Source: Candidatus Zipacnadia bacterium (GTDB lineage Bacteria > Armatimonadota > Zipacnadia > Zipacnadales > UBA5352). From it: a stretch of DNA of 64,000 bases. The notes below the pieces were generated by a model that saw only the letters and a list, made by a program, of their open reading frames with translations, did not search any database and was not told the origin of the DNA. Location of the stretch: the NCBI GenBank assembly GCA_029821635.1, contig JALGSW010000042.1, forward strand, positions 19,202 through 83,201. Reading direction: 5' to 3'. Made by a program: the position numbers and the translations under genes. Shown in pieces: positions 1 through 9,265 of the stretch. Within the stretch, counting starts at the first letter, position 1, and the number at the start of each line of letters is the position of its first letter.

Positions 1-2670
1 GACAAAGAGCTCAAAGAGCACTATCTGCGTGAGCACGACGGTGTGCGCCATGCGCAGGGCGTTCTTTGCGTCCTCAGACATGGCGGCGCGGACGATGATT
101 GTCTCGCCCGCGCTGATGGACGCGCGAGTCCCGGTCGGGTTGAGCTGGATGAGCTCTTCGACGGTGATGTCGTATTGTGAGGCCACCTGTTCGGGCGACT
201 GGCCGGCCTTGACGGTGTAGGTCGTGACTTCGCCGCCGTGCGGGTAGTCGCCGAAAGCGACGACCTCGCCGTAGCTGTAGCCGTGTGCTCGCATCTCCCA
301 GAGGAAGCCGCCGAGTGCGCCCGCGGTGCAGAGCACGGCAACCACCGCGAGGTAGGGGACCATGTCCCCGAGCATGTTCTCCTTCGGGTTGCGCGGCGGC
401 CGGGCCATGATGTCCGGTTCGCCCTTGGTCATGCCGAGGGCGAGGGCAGGGAAGCCGTCGGTGACGAGATTCACCCACAGGATCTGCAGCGGCAGGAGGG
501 GCAGAGGCCATCCGGCGAGGACGGCGATGGAGATGATCAGCAGCTCTCCGAAGTTCGCGGAGAGGAGGAAGCGGGTGAACTTGCGGATGTTGTCGTAGAC
601 GACGCGCCCCTCTTCGACGGCGGCGACGATGCTGGCGAAGTTATCGTCGGCGAGGACGATGTCGGAGACTTCGCGCGTGACGTCGGTGCCCTTCTTCGCC
701 ATGCCGACGCCGATGTCGGAGTGCTTGATGGCCGGGGCATCGTTGATGCCGTCGCCGGTCATGCCGACGATCTCGCCACGGTCCTGTAGCGCCTCGAGGA
801 TGCGCACCTTGTGGTCTGGGGCCATGCGGGCGAGGACCGAGATGTCGCTGATCGCGGCGCTGAGATCCTCATCGGACATCTCGTCAAGCTCGCGGCCGTC
901 GACGACGCGGCCGCCGTTGAGCAGGCCGATCTCCCGCGCGATGGCGGCGGCGGTTGCGCGATGGTCGCCGGTGACCATCTTCACGTCGATGCCGGCGTCG
1001 TGGCACTCGGCGATCGACTGGGCGACCTCAGGGCGCGGCGGGTCGATTATGCCGACGAGGCCGATGAAGGTGAGGTCGTGCTCGACTGTTTCGGCGTTGC
1101 ATGGGTCGCACATCTCGTCCATCCTGCGGTGTGCCAGGGCCAGGACGCGCAGGGCGTCATCGGCCATATCGGCGACGGCGTCGAGCGTCTGCGCGCGCGT
1201 CTCCTCATCCATCTCAACGACTTCGCCACCGCGCACCAAGTGTGTGCACAGCGACAGGATCGATTCGGCGGCGCCCTTGGTGGCGACGAGGTAGCCGCCG
1301 TTCGCCTCGTGGATGGTGCTCATGCGTTTGCGGGTCGAGTCGAAGGCGACCTCCTGCACGCGCGGGTAGTCGGCGCGAACGTCCTCGTGGTCGAGGCCGA
1401 TCTTGCAGGCGAGCGGCAGGAGGGCGCCCTCGGTCGGGTCTCCCGTGATCGTCCAGTCGCCCTCTTCGAGCAGTGTGGCATCGTTGCAGAGCGTCGCGGC
1501 GCGGGCAAGCTGTTCGAGCGCGGGCACGCCTGTGACGGGTTCGCCGTTGCGGAGGATATCGCCGGACGGCTCGTAGCCGTTGGCTTCGACGGTGTATTCG
1601 TGCTCGGCGGTGCGGATGCGGACGACGGCCATCTCATTGGCTGTCATCGTACCGGTCTTGTCGCTGCAGATGACCGTTGTGGAGCCGAGCGCCTCGGCGG
1701 CCGACAGGCGCTTGACGATCGCGTTGCGCTTCGCCATGTGCCGGACGGAGATGGCGAGGGAGAGTGTGACGACGGCGGGAAGGCCCTCGGGAATGGCGGC
1801 GACGGCGAGACTGACGACGGCCATAAAGAGCCCGAGTGGCTCGCGGTCGCGTACGAGCCAGCCGATCAGGAAGACTATGGCGCAGAGGCCGACGACGACG
1901 ATCAGCAGCCATGTCGCGAGTCGCTCGAGCTTGGCCTCGAGGCCGGTGTGGGTGGCATCGGTGGTGCGGACCTGAGCGGCGATGCGCCCCATTTGGGTGC
2001 TCATGCCGGTCTCGGTGACGATCGCCCGCCCGCGGCCGTAGGTGACATGCGTGCCCATGAAGACTTCAGCGGAGTGCTCGGCGAGCGGGCTGTCGGACGC
2101 GTTGGCTTCGGTCTGCTTGCCGACGGGCAGCGACTCTCCTGTGAGGAGGGCCTCGTCGGTCTCGAGGTTGAACGACTCGCAGACGCGGCAGTCGGCAGCG
2201 ATCTTACCGCCGGTCTCCAGCACGAGGATATCGCCCGGAACCACGTCCTGCGCATCGACCTCGGCCTGTCGGCCGTGACGGACGACGGTGGCGGTGGGGG
2301 ATGCCATCTTCCGCAGGGCCTCAACGGCCTGCTCGGCGCGGTATTCCTGGAAGAAGCCGAGCACCGCGTTGATGATGACGATCGCCATGATGACGGTCGC
2401 GTCGATGTGCTCGCCGATCATGAAGGAGACGGCGGCGGCGACCATCAGCACGATGACGAGGATGTTCGCGAACTGCCGGAGCAGGATCTTCAGCGGGTTG
2501 GGGCCGCCGCTCTTGTCGAGCTCATTCGGGCCGTACTGCTCGAGGCGGCGCTTCGCTTCCTCCTGGCTTAACCCGTTCGTGGTATCGGTCTGAAGTTGGT
2601 CCGCGACCTCCGCGACGGGCATGGAGTGCCAGTCCTGGGCAGGGGCGGGCTCCGCGGACGTCTTCTGCAT
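1..2670 (-). CDS. P-type cation-transporting ATPase (type IIA, Ca2+-ATPase-like), partial, C-terminus beyond window edge; LysM-like module in the TM7-TM8 loop
   Basis: Own translation of the minus strand from ATG at 2670 (GGGAGA RBS 7 nt upstream), open to position 1. Motifs DKTGTMT, TGDGINDAPA and PEGLP in TM4. TM6 NLVTD Ca-site. PPRNPKE after TM6. TM8-like TVVLTQIVLFELFV. The ORF is not in the supplied track because it has no in-window stop. Confidence 0.85.
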   Translation of the reverse strand, partial: MQKTSAEPAPAQDWHSMPVAEVADQLQTDTTNGLSQEEAKRRLEQYGPNELDKSGGPNPLKILLRQFANILVIVLMVAAAVSFMIGEHIDATVIMAIVIINAVLGFFQEYRAEQAVEALRKMASPTATVVRHGRQAEVDAQDVVPGDILVLETGGKIAADCRVCESFNLETDEALLTGESLPVGKQTEANASDSPLAEHSAEVFMGTHVTYGRGRAIVTETGMSTQMGRIAAQVRTTDATHTGLEAKLERLATWLLIVVVGLCAIVFLIGWLVRDREPLGLFMAVVSLAVAAIPEGLPAVVTLSLAISVRHMAKRNAIVKRLSAAEALGSTTVICSDKTGTMTANEMAVVRIRTAEHEYTVEANGYEPSGDILRNGEPVTGVPALEQLARAATLCNDATLLEEGDWTITGDPTEGALLPLACKIGLDHEDVRADYPRVQEVAFDSTRKRMSTIHEANGGYLVATKGAAESILSLCTHLVRGGEVVEMDEETRAQTLDAVADMADDALRVLALAHRRMDEMCDPCNAETVEHDLTFIGLVGIIDPPRPEVAQSIAECHDAGIDVKMVTGDHRATAAAIAREIGLLNGGRVVDGRELDEMSDEDLSAAISDISVLARMAPDHKVRILEALQDRGEIVGMTGDGINDAPAIKHSDIGVGMAKKGTDVTREVSDIVLADDNFASIVAAVEEGRVVYDNIRKFTRFLLSANFGELLIISIAVLAGWPLPLLPLQILWVNLVTDGFPALALGMTKGEPDIMARPPRNPKENMLGDMVPYLAVVAVLCTAGALGGFLWEMRAHGYSYGEVVAFGDYPHGGEVTTYTVKAGQSPEQVASQYDITVEELIQLNPTGTRASISAGETIIVRAAMSEDAKNALRMAHTVVLTQIVLFELFV

Positions 2671-2734
2671 CAACGATTCTCCCTGTAGGTGACATTGTGG
2701 CGGCCATGCAGGCGGAGGCGGGCCGGCTGCGCGG

Positions 2735-4195
2735 TCAGCCCTTGACCACAGCCAGCGGAGTCATGCGGGCAACGCGGCACGATATGCCGGCGCCATCGGT
2801 GACGCCGATCACGCGGTCCACGTCCTTGTACGCATATGGCGCCTCCTCGGCCAGCGTCTTCACGCCGACCGAGCGCACGTGGATGCCGCGCGCGCGCAGC
2901 TCATCCGCCACCGCACCGCCATGCTGGCGCTTCTTGGCAGCCGTGCGCGACATCACCCGCCCCGCGCCATGACAGGTCGAGCCGAAGGTCTGCTGCATCG
3001 CGACCTGCGTCCCGCGCAGCAACCACGAGGCCGTGCCCATGTCGCCGGGCACGATCACCGGCTGGCCGATCGCGCGATAGCGCTTCGGCAACTCCTCGTG
3101 CCCCGGCCCGAAGGCGCGCGTCGCGCCCTTGCGATGCACGCACAGGCACTTGACGCCACCAGCCACCTCGTGGTCCTCGAACTTCGCCACGTTGTGTGCT
3201 ACATCATACACCATTTGCAGGCCGATGCGCGAGGTGCCGAGGCCAAGAACTCGCTCGAAAGCCTCGCGAATCCAGTGCGTGATGATCTGGCGGTTGCACC
3301 AGCCGTAGTTGGCCGCACAGGCCATTGCGGCATAGTACGCCTCACCCTCAGGCGAGCGCACGGGGGCGCAGGCGAGCTGCCGGTCGGGCAGCTCGAAGCC
3401 GTACTTGTGCGCGGCGCGCTGCATCGGCTTGAGGGAGTCGTCGCAGACCTGGTAGCCGAGGCCGCGCGAGCCGGTGTGGATCATCACCGTCACCTGGCCC
3501 TCGGCCTCAATGCCCATCGCCCGCGCGGCCTCGCGGTCGTGGATGCGGTCCACGCGCTGTATCTCGAGGAAGTGATTGCCCGAGCCGACCGTGCCGAGCT
3601 GCGGAAGGCCGCGCTCAAGGGCGCGATCGGTGAGCGCGCTCGGATCGGCGCCGTCGAGGCAGCCGCGCTCCTCCGTGGCCTCCAGGTCACCGTCGGTGCC
3701 GTAGCCCTGCGAGACGGCCCAGCGCGAGCCCTGTTCCAGCACGCGGCGCAGCTCGGCCGGCTTCAGGCGGACCTTGCCCTTCTCGCCGACGCCCGCGGGG
3801 ATCTCCCGGAAGATGTGATCGTTCAGCGCGTCGAGGCGGTCGCGCACGTCGGCCTCGACCAGGTCGCTGCGCAGCAGCCGCACGCCGCAGTTGATGTCGT
3901 AGCCGACGCCGCCGGGGGAGATGACGCCCTCGTTGCAGTCGAAAGCCGCCACGCCGCCGATCGGGAAGCCGTAGCCGTAGTGGCAGTCGGGCATCGCCAT
4001 CGAGGCGCCGACGATGCCGGGCAGGCAGGCGACGTTCTGAACCTGCGTGAGCGCGGCGTCGTTGCGCATGTCGGCGATCAGCACCTCGTCGGCGAAGACG
4101 ATGCCGTCGGTGAGCATCCCGTAGTCGGCATCGCGCGGAATGCGCCAGCGATAGTCGTCAAGCTGCTCGAGCACGCCCTCGAATGCGTTGGCCAT
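2735..4195 (-). CDS. rtcB: RNA-splicing ligase RtcB
   Basis: ORF 2735..4543 trimmed to the internal ATG (MANAFEGVLEQ...) preceded by AAGGAGG. RtcB motifs HTGSRGLG and CHGAGR. The upstream extension of the long ORF runs through REP-like repeats and is not credible coding. Confidence 0.85.
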   Translation of the reverse strand: MANAFEGVLEQLDDYRWRIPRDADYGMLTDGIVFADEVLIADMRNDAALTQVQNVACLPGIVGASMAMPDCHYGYGFPIGGVAAFDCNEGVISPGGVGYDINCGVRLLRSDLVEADVRDRLDALNDHIFREIPAGVGEKGKVRLKPAELRRVLEQGSRWAVSQGYGTDGDLEATEERGCLDGADPSALTDRALERGLPQLGTVGSGNHFLEIQRVDRIHDREAARAMGIEAEGQVTVMIHTGSRGLGYQVCDDSLKPMQRAAHKYGFELPDRQLACAPVRSPEGEAYYAAMACAANYGWCNRQIITHWIREAFERVLGLGTSRIGLQMVYDVAHNVAKFEDHEVAGGVKCLCVHRKGATRAFGPGHEELPKRYRAIGQPVIVPGDMGTASWLLRGTQVAMQQTFGSTCHGAGRVMSRTAAKKRQHGGAVADELRARGIHVRSVGVKTLAEEAPYAYKDVDRVIGVTDGAGISCRVARMTPLAVVKG

Positions 4196-4220
4196 GGTGC
4201 GAGCCTCCTTTGCGCGACGG

Positions 4221-4262
4221 GGCAACGGCCGACGCATCCAAACGGCGGATGCGTCGCTCCAA
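4221..4262. repeat. family D element: 9-bp stem palindrome with AAACGGC loop (GACGCATCC-AAACGGC-GGATGCGTC), flanked by AACGGC repeats
   Basis: ggcaacggccgacgcatccaaacggcggatgcgtcgctccaaacggcaacggcg. Confidence 0.8.
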
Positions 4263-4282
4263 ACGGCAACGGCGTGACGGCT

Positions 4283-4303
4283 GACGGGCTGGAAGCCCGT
4301 CCC
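4283..4303. repeat. family B palindromic element (GACGGGCTGGAAGCCCGTCC) followed by AACGGC/GACGGC hexamer repeats
   Basis: Stem GACGGGC/GCCCGTC with loop TGGAA. Intergenic between the DUF721 gene and rtcB. Confidence 0.85.
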
Positions 4304-4325
4304 ACAAACGGCGACGGCGACGGCT

Positions 4326-4973
4326 CTAATGCGGCTGGAAGAAGGCGGACAGGCCCTCGTCGCCGCCGGCCTGAGAGGGGCGCTCGCGGGGGTGGCAGGA
4401 GAGGCACCACTGTGCGCTCTCCAGGTGCCACGCTCCGCAGCCGGGGCACTGGACGAAGCCGTGCTGCGCACGCCAGACCGCCAGCTTCGCTTGATACAGC
4501 AGCAGGCGCTCGAGGCGCTCGCCCATCTCCCCCTCGACATCACTCACCAGTTCCAGGATCTCCCGGATGCGCTCGGGCGGCACGTGAAGCGCGTCCAGCT
4601 CATCCTGCGCGGGCGCCGCCGGACCCTCAGGCTCCGCGGGCGCGAGATCATCCATCCGGCGGCCGATGCCGGCGCTGCTGGGCCGGATCTCGTCCACCAC
4701 GTCCTCACCCAGCGCCTCGTTGACGCGCCCGATGATGGCCGGCGCGTCGAGCTGCAACTGCTGGGCGCGCGGCGCCGACTCGCAGCGGATGTAGAGCGTC
4801 CTCCCGCGCAGGCTCACAACGTAGGTGTGCAGGGCATACCACTCGCCCGCCACGCGCGGCCAGACCATCATGCACAGGGACTCGCGCGACTCGTCGAGCA
4901 GCCCCACGCTCTTGAGGAAGACCTGCAGCGCGTGGCCGGCCTGTTTGATCGGATTGCTGCGGTCGTTGGGCAT
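4326..4973 (-). CDS. DUF721 / DciA-like zinc-ribbon protein (gene family typically found between recF and gyrB)
   Basis: ORF 4326..5102 trimmed to internal MPNDRSNPIKQ... Position immediately downstream of recF and sequence character fit the DUF721 family. The N-terminal extension of the ORF consists of G-rich palindromic repeat sequence. Confidence 0.55.
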   Translation of the reverse strand: MPNDRSNPIKQAGHALQVFLKSVGLLDESRESLCMMVWPRVAGEWYALHTYVVSLRGRTLYIRCESAPRAQQLQLDAPAIIGRVNEALGEDVVDEIRPSSAGIGRRMDDLAPAEPEGPAAPAQDELDALHVPPERIREILELVSDVEGEMGERLERLLLYQAKLAVWRAQHGFVQCPGCGAWHLESAQWCLSCHPRERPSQAGGDEGLSAFFQPH

Positions 4974-4994
4974 GCTTTCCCAGCTCTTCCTGTC

Positions 4995-5080
4995 CGGCGC
5001 GCAACGGCGCCCCTCCCCCCGACCCCCTCCCCCTGGAGCGCGCAAACGGCAGCGCGCTCGGCGGGAGAGGGGGAGAAAGG
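4995..5080. repeat. family E: nested G/C-rich palindrome (CCCCTCCCC … GGGAGAGGGGG) enclosing GAGCGCGC-AAACGGC-AGCGCGCTC
   Basis: Read directly. Lies between the DUF721 gene and recF. Confidence 0.7.
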
Positions 5081-5117
5081 CAACGACACGCGCCCCCTTC
5101 ATCTCCCTGCGCGACGT

Positions 5118-6260
5118 CTACTCCTTGCCCTCGCACGGCTCGCAGGTTGCGTCGTCGGCGCCGCTGCCGATCAGGTGCGCGTCGGCAAGGCGGTCGGCGA
5201 GGTGCTCCGGGCAGCACGCGCTCGTAACGATCATCTGCTCGTGGTCGCGGCTCAGGTCGAGCATCGCCGCGCCGCGCGCCGGGTCCAGCTCCGAGAGGCA
5301 GTCGTCCAGCAGCAGGATCGGCTGCTGCTCGGTGCGGGCGAGTGCCACGCGCGCCTGGGCGAGCTTGAGCGCCAGCGCCGCCGTGCGCTGTTGGCCCTGC
5401 GAGCCGAAGCGGCGCAGATCGACGCCGTCGATCTCGAGCAGCATGTCGTCGCGATGCGGCCCGACCTGCGTGGAGCGGCGGTCCAGCTCGCGACGATGCG
5501 TCTCCTCCAGCGCGCGGTAGAACTCGTCGGCCAGCTCACCGTCCGCCTGGGAGTTCACCACCGATGGCTCGTAGCGCACGCTCAGGCCCTCGGCGCCAAC
5601 GCCGAGGCGCTCGTGCAGCGCGGCCGCCTCGGGCGCGAGCGCGGCGAGGTAGTCGCGACGGTCGATCGTGATCGGCACGCCCGACTCGACGAGCGAATGC
5701 GTCCACGGGGCGAGCATGCGGCCGTCGCCACCGCGGTGCGCCATGCCCTTGAGGACCTCGTTGCGCTGGCGCAGCGCACGTCGGTAGCGCGCGAGGTCAT
5801 CGAGGTAGCGCGCGCTCATCTGCCCGAGCGCGGCGTTGAGGAAGTGCCGCCGCTCGGCAGGCGACCCCTTCACCACGTCCAGCTCGCCGACCCAGAAGAG
5901 GATCGCCTGCACGCGTCCGATGATCTCACGCGCGGACGCGACCTCGCGCCCGTCGATCTCCAGCGTCTTCGCGCCCGAACGGTCACCCGAAGGATCGCCG
6001 AGGGTGGTGCGCAGCGTCAGCTCGCGGCCGTCCACCACGAAGCGGCCTGTGACGCGGCCCCAGCTCTGCCCGTGCCGGACCATCGTGCGCGCCCGCCCGC
6101 CGCGCGCCGAGGTCGTCGTCGCCAGCAGGTAGATCGCCTCGAGGATCGTGGTCTTGCCGGAGGCGTTGGGGCCAAGGACCACGTTGAGGCCCGGCCGGAA
6201 GTCAAGCTCCGCCCGCTCGTAGCATCGGAAGTTCTCCAGAGTCAGCGATTGCAGGAACAC
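5118..6260 (-). CDS. recF: DNA replication and repair protein RecF
   Basis: RecF N-terminus VFLQSLTLENFRCYE and Walker A GPNASGKTT. Likely GTG start at 6258-6260 with GAGAGGA upstream. The track ORF extends to 6365 but would overlap the upstream gene by 83 nt. Confidence 0.85.
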   Translation of the reverse strand: MFLQSLTLENFRCYERAELDFRPGLNVVLGPNASGKTTILEAIYLLATTTSARGGRARTMVRHGQSWGRVTGRFVVDGRELTLRTTLGDPSGDRSGAKTLEIDGREVASAREIIGRVQAILFWVGELDVVKGSPAERRHFLNAALGQMSARYLDDLARYRRALRQRNEVLKGMAHRGGDGRMLAPWTHSLVESGVPITIDRRDYLAALAPEAAALHERLGVGAEGLSVRYEPSVVNSQADGELADEFYRALEETHRRELDRRSTQVGPHRDDMLLEIDGVDLRRFGSQGQQRTAALALKLAQARVALARTEQQPILLLDDCLSELDPARGAAMLDLSRDHEQMIVTSACCPEHLADRLADAHLIGSGADDATCEPCEGKE

Positions 6261-6282
6261 GGCCCGAGTCCTCTCGCGGCGC

Positions 6283-7491
6283 TTAGCCGAAGTCGCGCCA
6301 GAGCGCGTCGATGGCGAGCATCGCCTTGAGCCCCCACAGGTGGCACCAGGTGTTCTGATAGTCACCTGCGACGATGTAGCCGTAGTTCACGCCCGCCGGG
6401 TAGTGCGTCAGGATCGCCTGCTCCATGTAGTCGAGTGTCTCGTCGATCCACTGCAGGTAGCGCGCATCGTCGGTCGCGCGATAGCCGAGCGCGCAGCCGA
6501 CCATGATCTGCGCCATGCGGTCGTAGACGCAGACCGCACCGGTGCCGGTCGTCGCGCCATCGCCGACCATCGGCGGGGCGCTCGGGTCCGACCAGTCGCG
6601 CGTGTTGTGCCGATACCAGCCGCCCTCGGGGGAGCGGCTGTGCTCGGCGAGTTGGTCCAATGCCTCAACCGCGCGGTCGCGGTAGGCGTCGCCGCGGCCC
6701 GCGAGGTTGAGCCGGAAGCACGCCTGGATCATGTTCGCGTTGGTGTGCGTGTGCTTGACCGTGCGCTTCGGCGGGCCATTGCCGGCCTTGCCTGCGTAGA
6801 ACCAGCCGCCGAACTCGTCGTCCCACATTGCGGCGTCGGCGAGGTCCACGACCGTCTGCGCGTAGTCGAGGAAGCGCTGCTCGCCGGTCGCCTCCCACGC
6901 GTCCAAGAGCTTGAGCGCGAGGTAGCTCGACCGGTAGAGTTCCTGCGACCGGTCCGGCTGGAAGGCAGCGGTCCCCACGATGTGCGCAAGCACGTTCTCC
7001 GCCGCGTCCGCGAACTCTGGTGTGGGTCGCAGGCGGTCGTAGCGCAGGAGTGCGGCCACGCTGATCATGTTGAACTCGGGGAAGAAGTTGGTCTGCCACT
7101 CCGCGGTGTGCATGTTCCACTTCAAGTAGAACTGGCGCTGCCCGGCATCGTAGCCGTTGGCGATGACCCACGCGAGCAGGTCATGCGCGTGATCGAGATG
7201 GCGCGGGTCCTGCGACAGCTCGGCTATGTCCATCTTGACCGAGGCGAAGAACGACTGCTGCTGGGTGTGGAAGTTGCCCTCATTCGGCTCGGTGGGTGGC
7301 ATTGAGCGGCTGTTCTGATGGATGGCGCGGCCGTCGAGCACGTCGTGCCAGATGTAGGCGTCATCGACCGCGAGCATCGAGGCCATGCGCAGTTGCACCC
7401 AGTTGCGCGAGTGCTGCAGCAGCGGTTCGGCGGCGGCAGATGAGGCGATCGCCGCGACGAGGCAGATTGTCGGGACAAGACTCAGGCGCAT
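6283..7491 (-). CDS. secreted six-hairpin (alpha/alpha-toroid) glycosidase-like protein, possibly GH76-like
   Basis: ORF 6283..7569 trimmed to MRLSLVPTICLVAAIASSAAAEP, a signal peptide. WDDEFGGW and other aromatic-rich motifs are typical of alpha/alpha-toroid glycosidases. Family assignment is tentative. Confidence 0.5.
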   Translation of the reverse strand: MRLSLVPTICLVAAIASSAAAEPLLQHSRNWVQLRMASMLAVDDAYIWHDVLDGRAIHQNSRSMPPTEPNEGNFHTQQQSFFASVKMDIAELSQDPRHLDHAHDLLAWVIANGYDAGQRQFYLKWNMHTAEWQTNFFPEFNMISVAALLRYDRLRPTPEFADAAENVLAHIVGTAAFQPDRSQELYRSSYLALKLLDAWEATGEQRFLDYAQTVVDLADAAMWDDEFGGWFYAGKAGNGPPKRTVKHTHTNANMIQACFRLNLAGRGDAYRDRAVEALDQLAEHSRSPEGGWYRHNTRDWSDPSAPPMVGDGATTGTGAVCVYDRMAQIMVGCALGYRATDDARYLQWIDETLDYMEQAILTHYPAGVNYGYIVAGDYQNTWCHLWGLKAMLAIDALWRDFG

Positions 7492-7600
7492 GGTGCCGCG
7501 TACCTCCACGGTGCGAGCGCATAGAGACGGTGAGGGCACAGACTCGGTCGCCTGTGCCCATGATCTCACCTGACCGATTCGGTGTGCGGCCGCGGGGGCC

Positions 7601-8713
7601 TCACATGATCTGCATCGGCATGATCACATAGACGTAGTCGTCGGAGTCCTTCGGCTTAAGCGTCCCGGGCGAGAGCGGCTGCGACAGCTCCATCACGACG
7701 TCGTCCTCGCCGATGGCGCCCAACGCGTCGAGCAGGTAGCGGGCGTTGAAGGCGATCTCAGGCTCTTCGCCCTCGAGGGTCGCGGGGATCTGCTCCTCGG
7801 CGTGCCCGATGTCCTGCGAGTCGGCGGTGATCGTCAGGATGCCGTCTGCGCCGCGCAAAACGACGCGGTTCGCGTCTTCACGCGCGACGATCAGCATGCG
7901 CCGCAGCGTGTTCGTGAGGTCGGCGCGGTTGACGGTCACGCGGCGATCGGACTCGTCCGGCAGGACCTTCTCGTAGTTGGGGAACTGTCCCTCGATCAAC
8001 CGGGAGCCGACGGTCACGGTGCCGAGCGTGAACTGGACCTGCGAGTCCGAGAGGGCCATGCCTATGGTCTCTTCGGACTCGGGGTCAAGGATGCGGAGCA
8101 CCTCGTTGAGCGCGCGCTCCGAGATGATGGCGGAGCGGCCCTCTTCAAGGGAGATGTCCGCGGTCATCTTGCGCAGCGCGAGCCGGTAGGTGTCCGTAGC
8201 GACGACGTCGATGCCGCCGGGCGTGATCTTGAAGAGCGCGCCGGTCAGGATCGGCCGGGTCTCATCGCGCGACGTCGCGAAGACCGTCTGCGAGAGGATC
8301 GTGTGCATGTCGTGCTGTGGGATGTCGAAGCGCGCTGGCTCCGACATGGGCGGGAGCATCTCGAAGTCCGCCGCCGACATACCCCGGATGCGGAAACTGG
8401 TGCGGGAGGACTCGACCTTGAGCGTGTTGTGCTCGTCGACCTCCAAGCGTATCTCCTCACCCGCGAGCGAGCCGATGACCTCGGTGAGCAGGCGTGGGGG
8501 AACGGTAACCGCTCCCTGATCAGTGACGGACGCTTCGATCTCGGCCTCAAGGCTGATGAACTCCAGATCGGTGGCCACCAGCCGTAGTCCGTTCGCGGTG
8601 CTCTCGATGTAGATGTTGTTCTGCACCGGCTGGGTGCTCCGTCCCGAGACGCCGTGCGAGACGGTCTGGACGCTCTCATACATCTTTTCCTGGGGGCAGG
8701 AGAGGTTCAGCAT
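7601..8713 (-). CDS. dnaN: DNA polymerase III beta subunit (sliding clamp)
   Basis: 370 aa. N-terminus aligns with the DnaN pattern (…RSTQPVQNNIYIE…ATDLE). GAGGAGG RBS 9 nt upstream of ATG at 8711-8713. Confidence 0.9.
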   Translation of the reverse strand: MLNLSCPQEKMYESVQTVSHGVSGRSTQPVQNNIYIESTANGLRLVATDLEFISLEAEIEASVTDQGAVTVPPRLLTEVIGSLAGEEIRLEVDEHNTLKVESSRTSFRIRGMSAADFEMLPPMSEPARFDIPQHDMHTILSQTVFATSRDETRPILTGALFKITPGGIDVVATDTYRLALRKMTADISLEEGRSAIISERALNEVLRILDPESEETIGMALSDSQVQFTLGTVTVGSRLIEGQFPNYEKVLPDESDRRVTVNRADLTNTLRRMLIVAREDANRVVLRGADGILTITADSQDIGHAEEQIPATLEGEEPEIAFNARYLLDALGAIGEDDVVMELSQPLSPGTLKPKDSDDYVYVIMPMQIM

Positions 8714-8944
8714 TACGAAGGTCCTCCTCGCATAACCCGCGCAGAGAGTGGGAATACAACGACCAAGTTAACCGCATCTGCGCTGATGCGTCAAGACAAT
8801 TCGTTCCAGGACCAGGCAATACCTCCACCTGTCAGAAAAGCTGTGTAGCTATCGGAGCAGACACGACAGGCCTCTGAATCGGACAGCTTTCCACGGCGGT
8901 AGTGGTACGTCGCGACCTCTTTAATACCTTACTACTACTCCTAC

Positions 8945-9160
8945 TACGGACGTGGAGAGCGTGGAGAAGCGAGCCCCCATCACCGAAGCTGCACACGTCC
9001 GCTGAAGGCAACCTGAAGGCGCTCTTGTGGACGCCCGTGGAGAACACTCAGGGGCCCGGCCGGACTCGCGCGTGACGGCTCCCGAGCGGGTGAAGGTACG
9101 TGGAGAGCGTGATCGCTCTCTTCGCGTGGACGATGTGGAATATGTGCGAGCGGCCTCGCG
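8945..9160. promoter_or_regulatory. dense array of (C/T)GTGGA motifs upstream of dnaN (degenerate high-GC-type DnaA boxes?)
   Basis: At least 7 copies in ~200 nt: cgtggagag (x2), cgtggagaa (x2), tgtggacgc, cgtggacga, tgtggaata. Two copies of the 13-mer acgtggagagcgtg. Confidence 0.35.
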
Positions 9161-9265
9161 GGCCGCTGGGCAGAACCGGAAGAGAAGGAGCGCACAACCA
9201 GGCGGGTTGTCTACAGTACCCACAGCGGAAGTGGGGTCAGGAGGTTCTCCCCACAGAGTCCAGAC

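Noticed and set aside
811-2571. 586-aa plus-strand ORF, and similar long ORFs (4329-6329, 10240-11619, 13721-15457, 21078-22256, 31496-33724, 34046-35578, 55268-57865, 60696-63320, etc.)
   Set aside because: They are antisense to strongly supported genes. Their composition is Arg/Ala/Gly/Pro-rich, typical of high-GC off-frame translation, with no recognisable motifs. Treated as artefacts.
5118-6365. Long form of recF starting at 6365
   Set aside because: It would overlap the upstream secreted-protein gene by 83 nt. The N-terminal 35 residues have no RecF similarity, and a GTG with an RBS sits exactly where the RecF homology begins.
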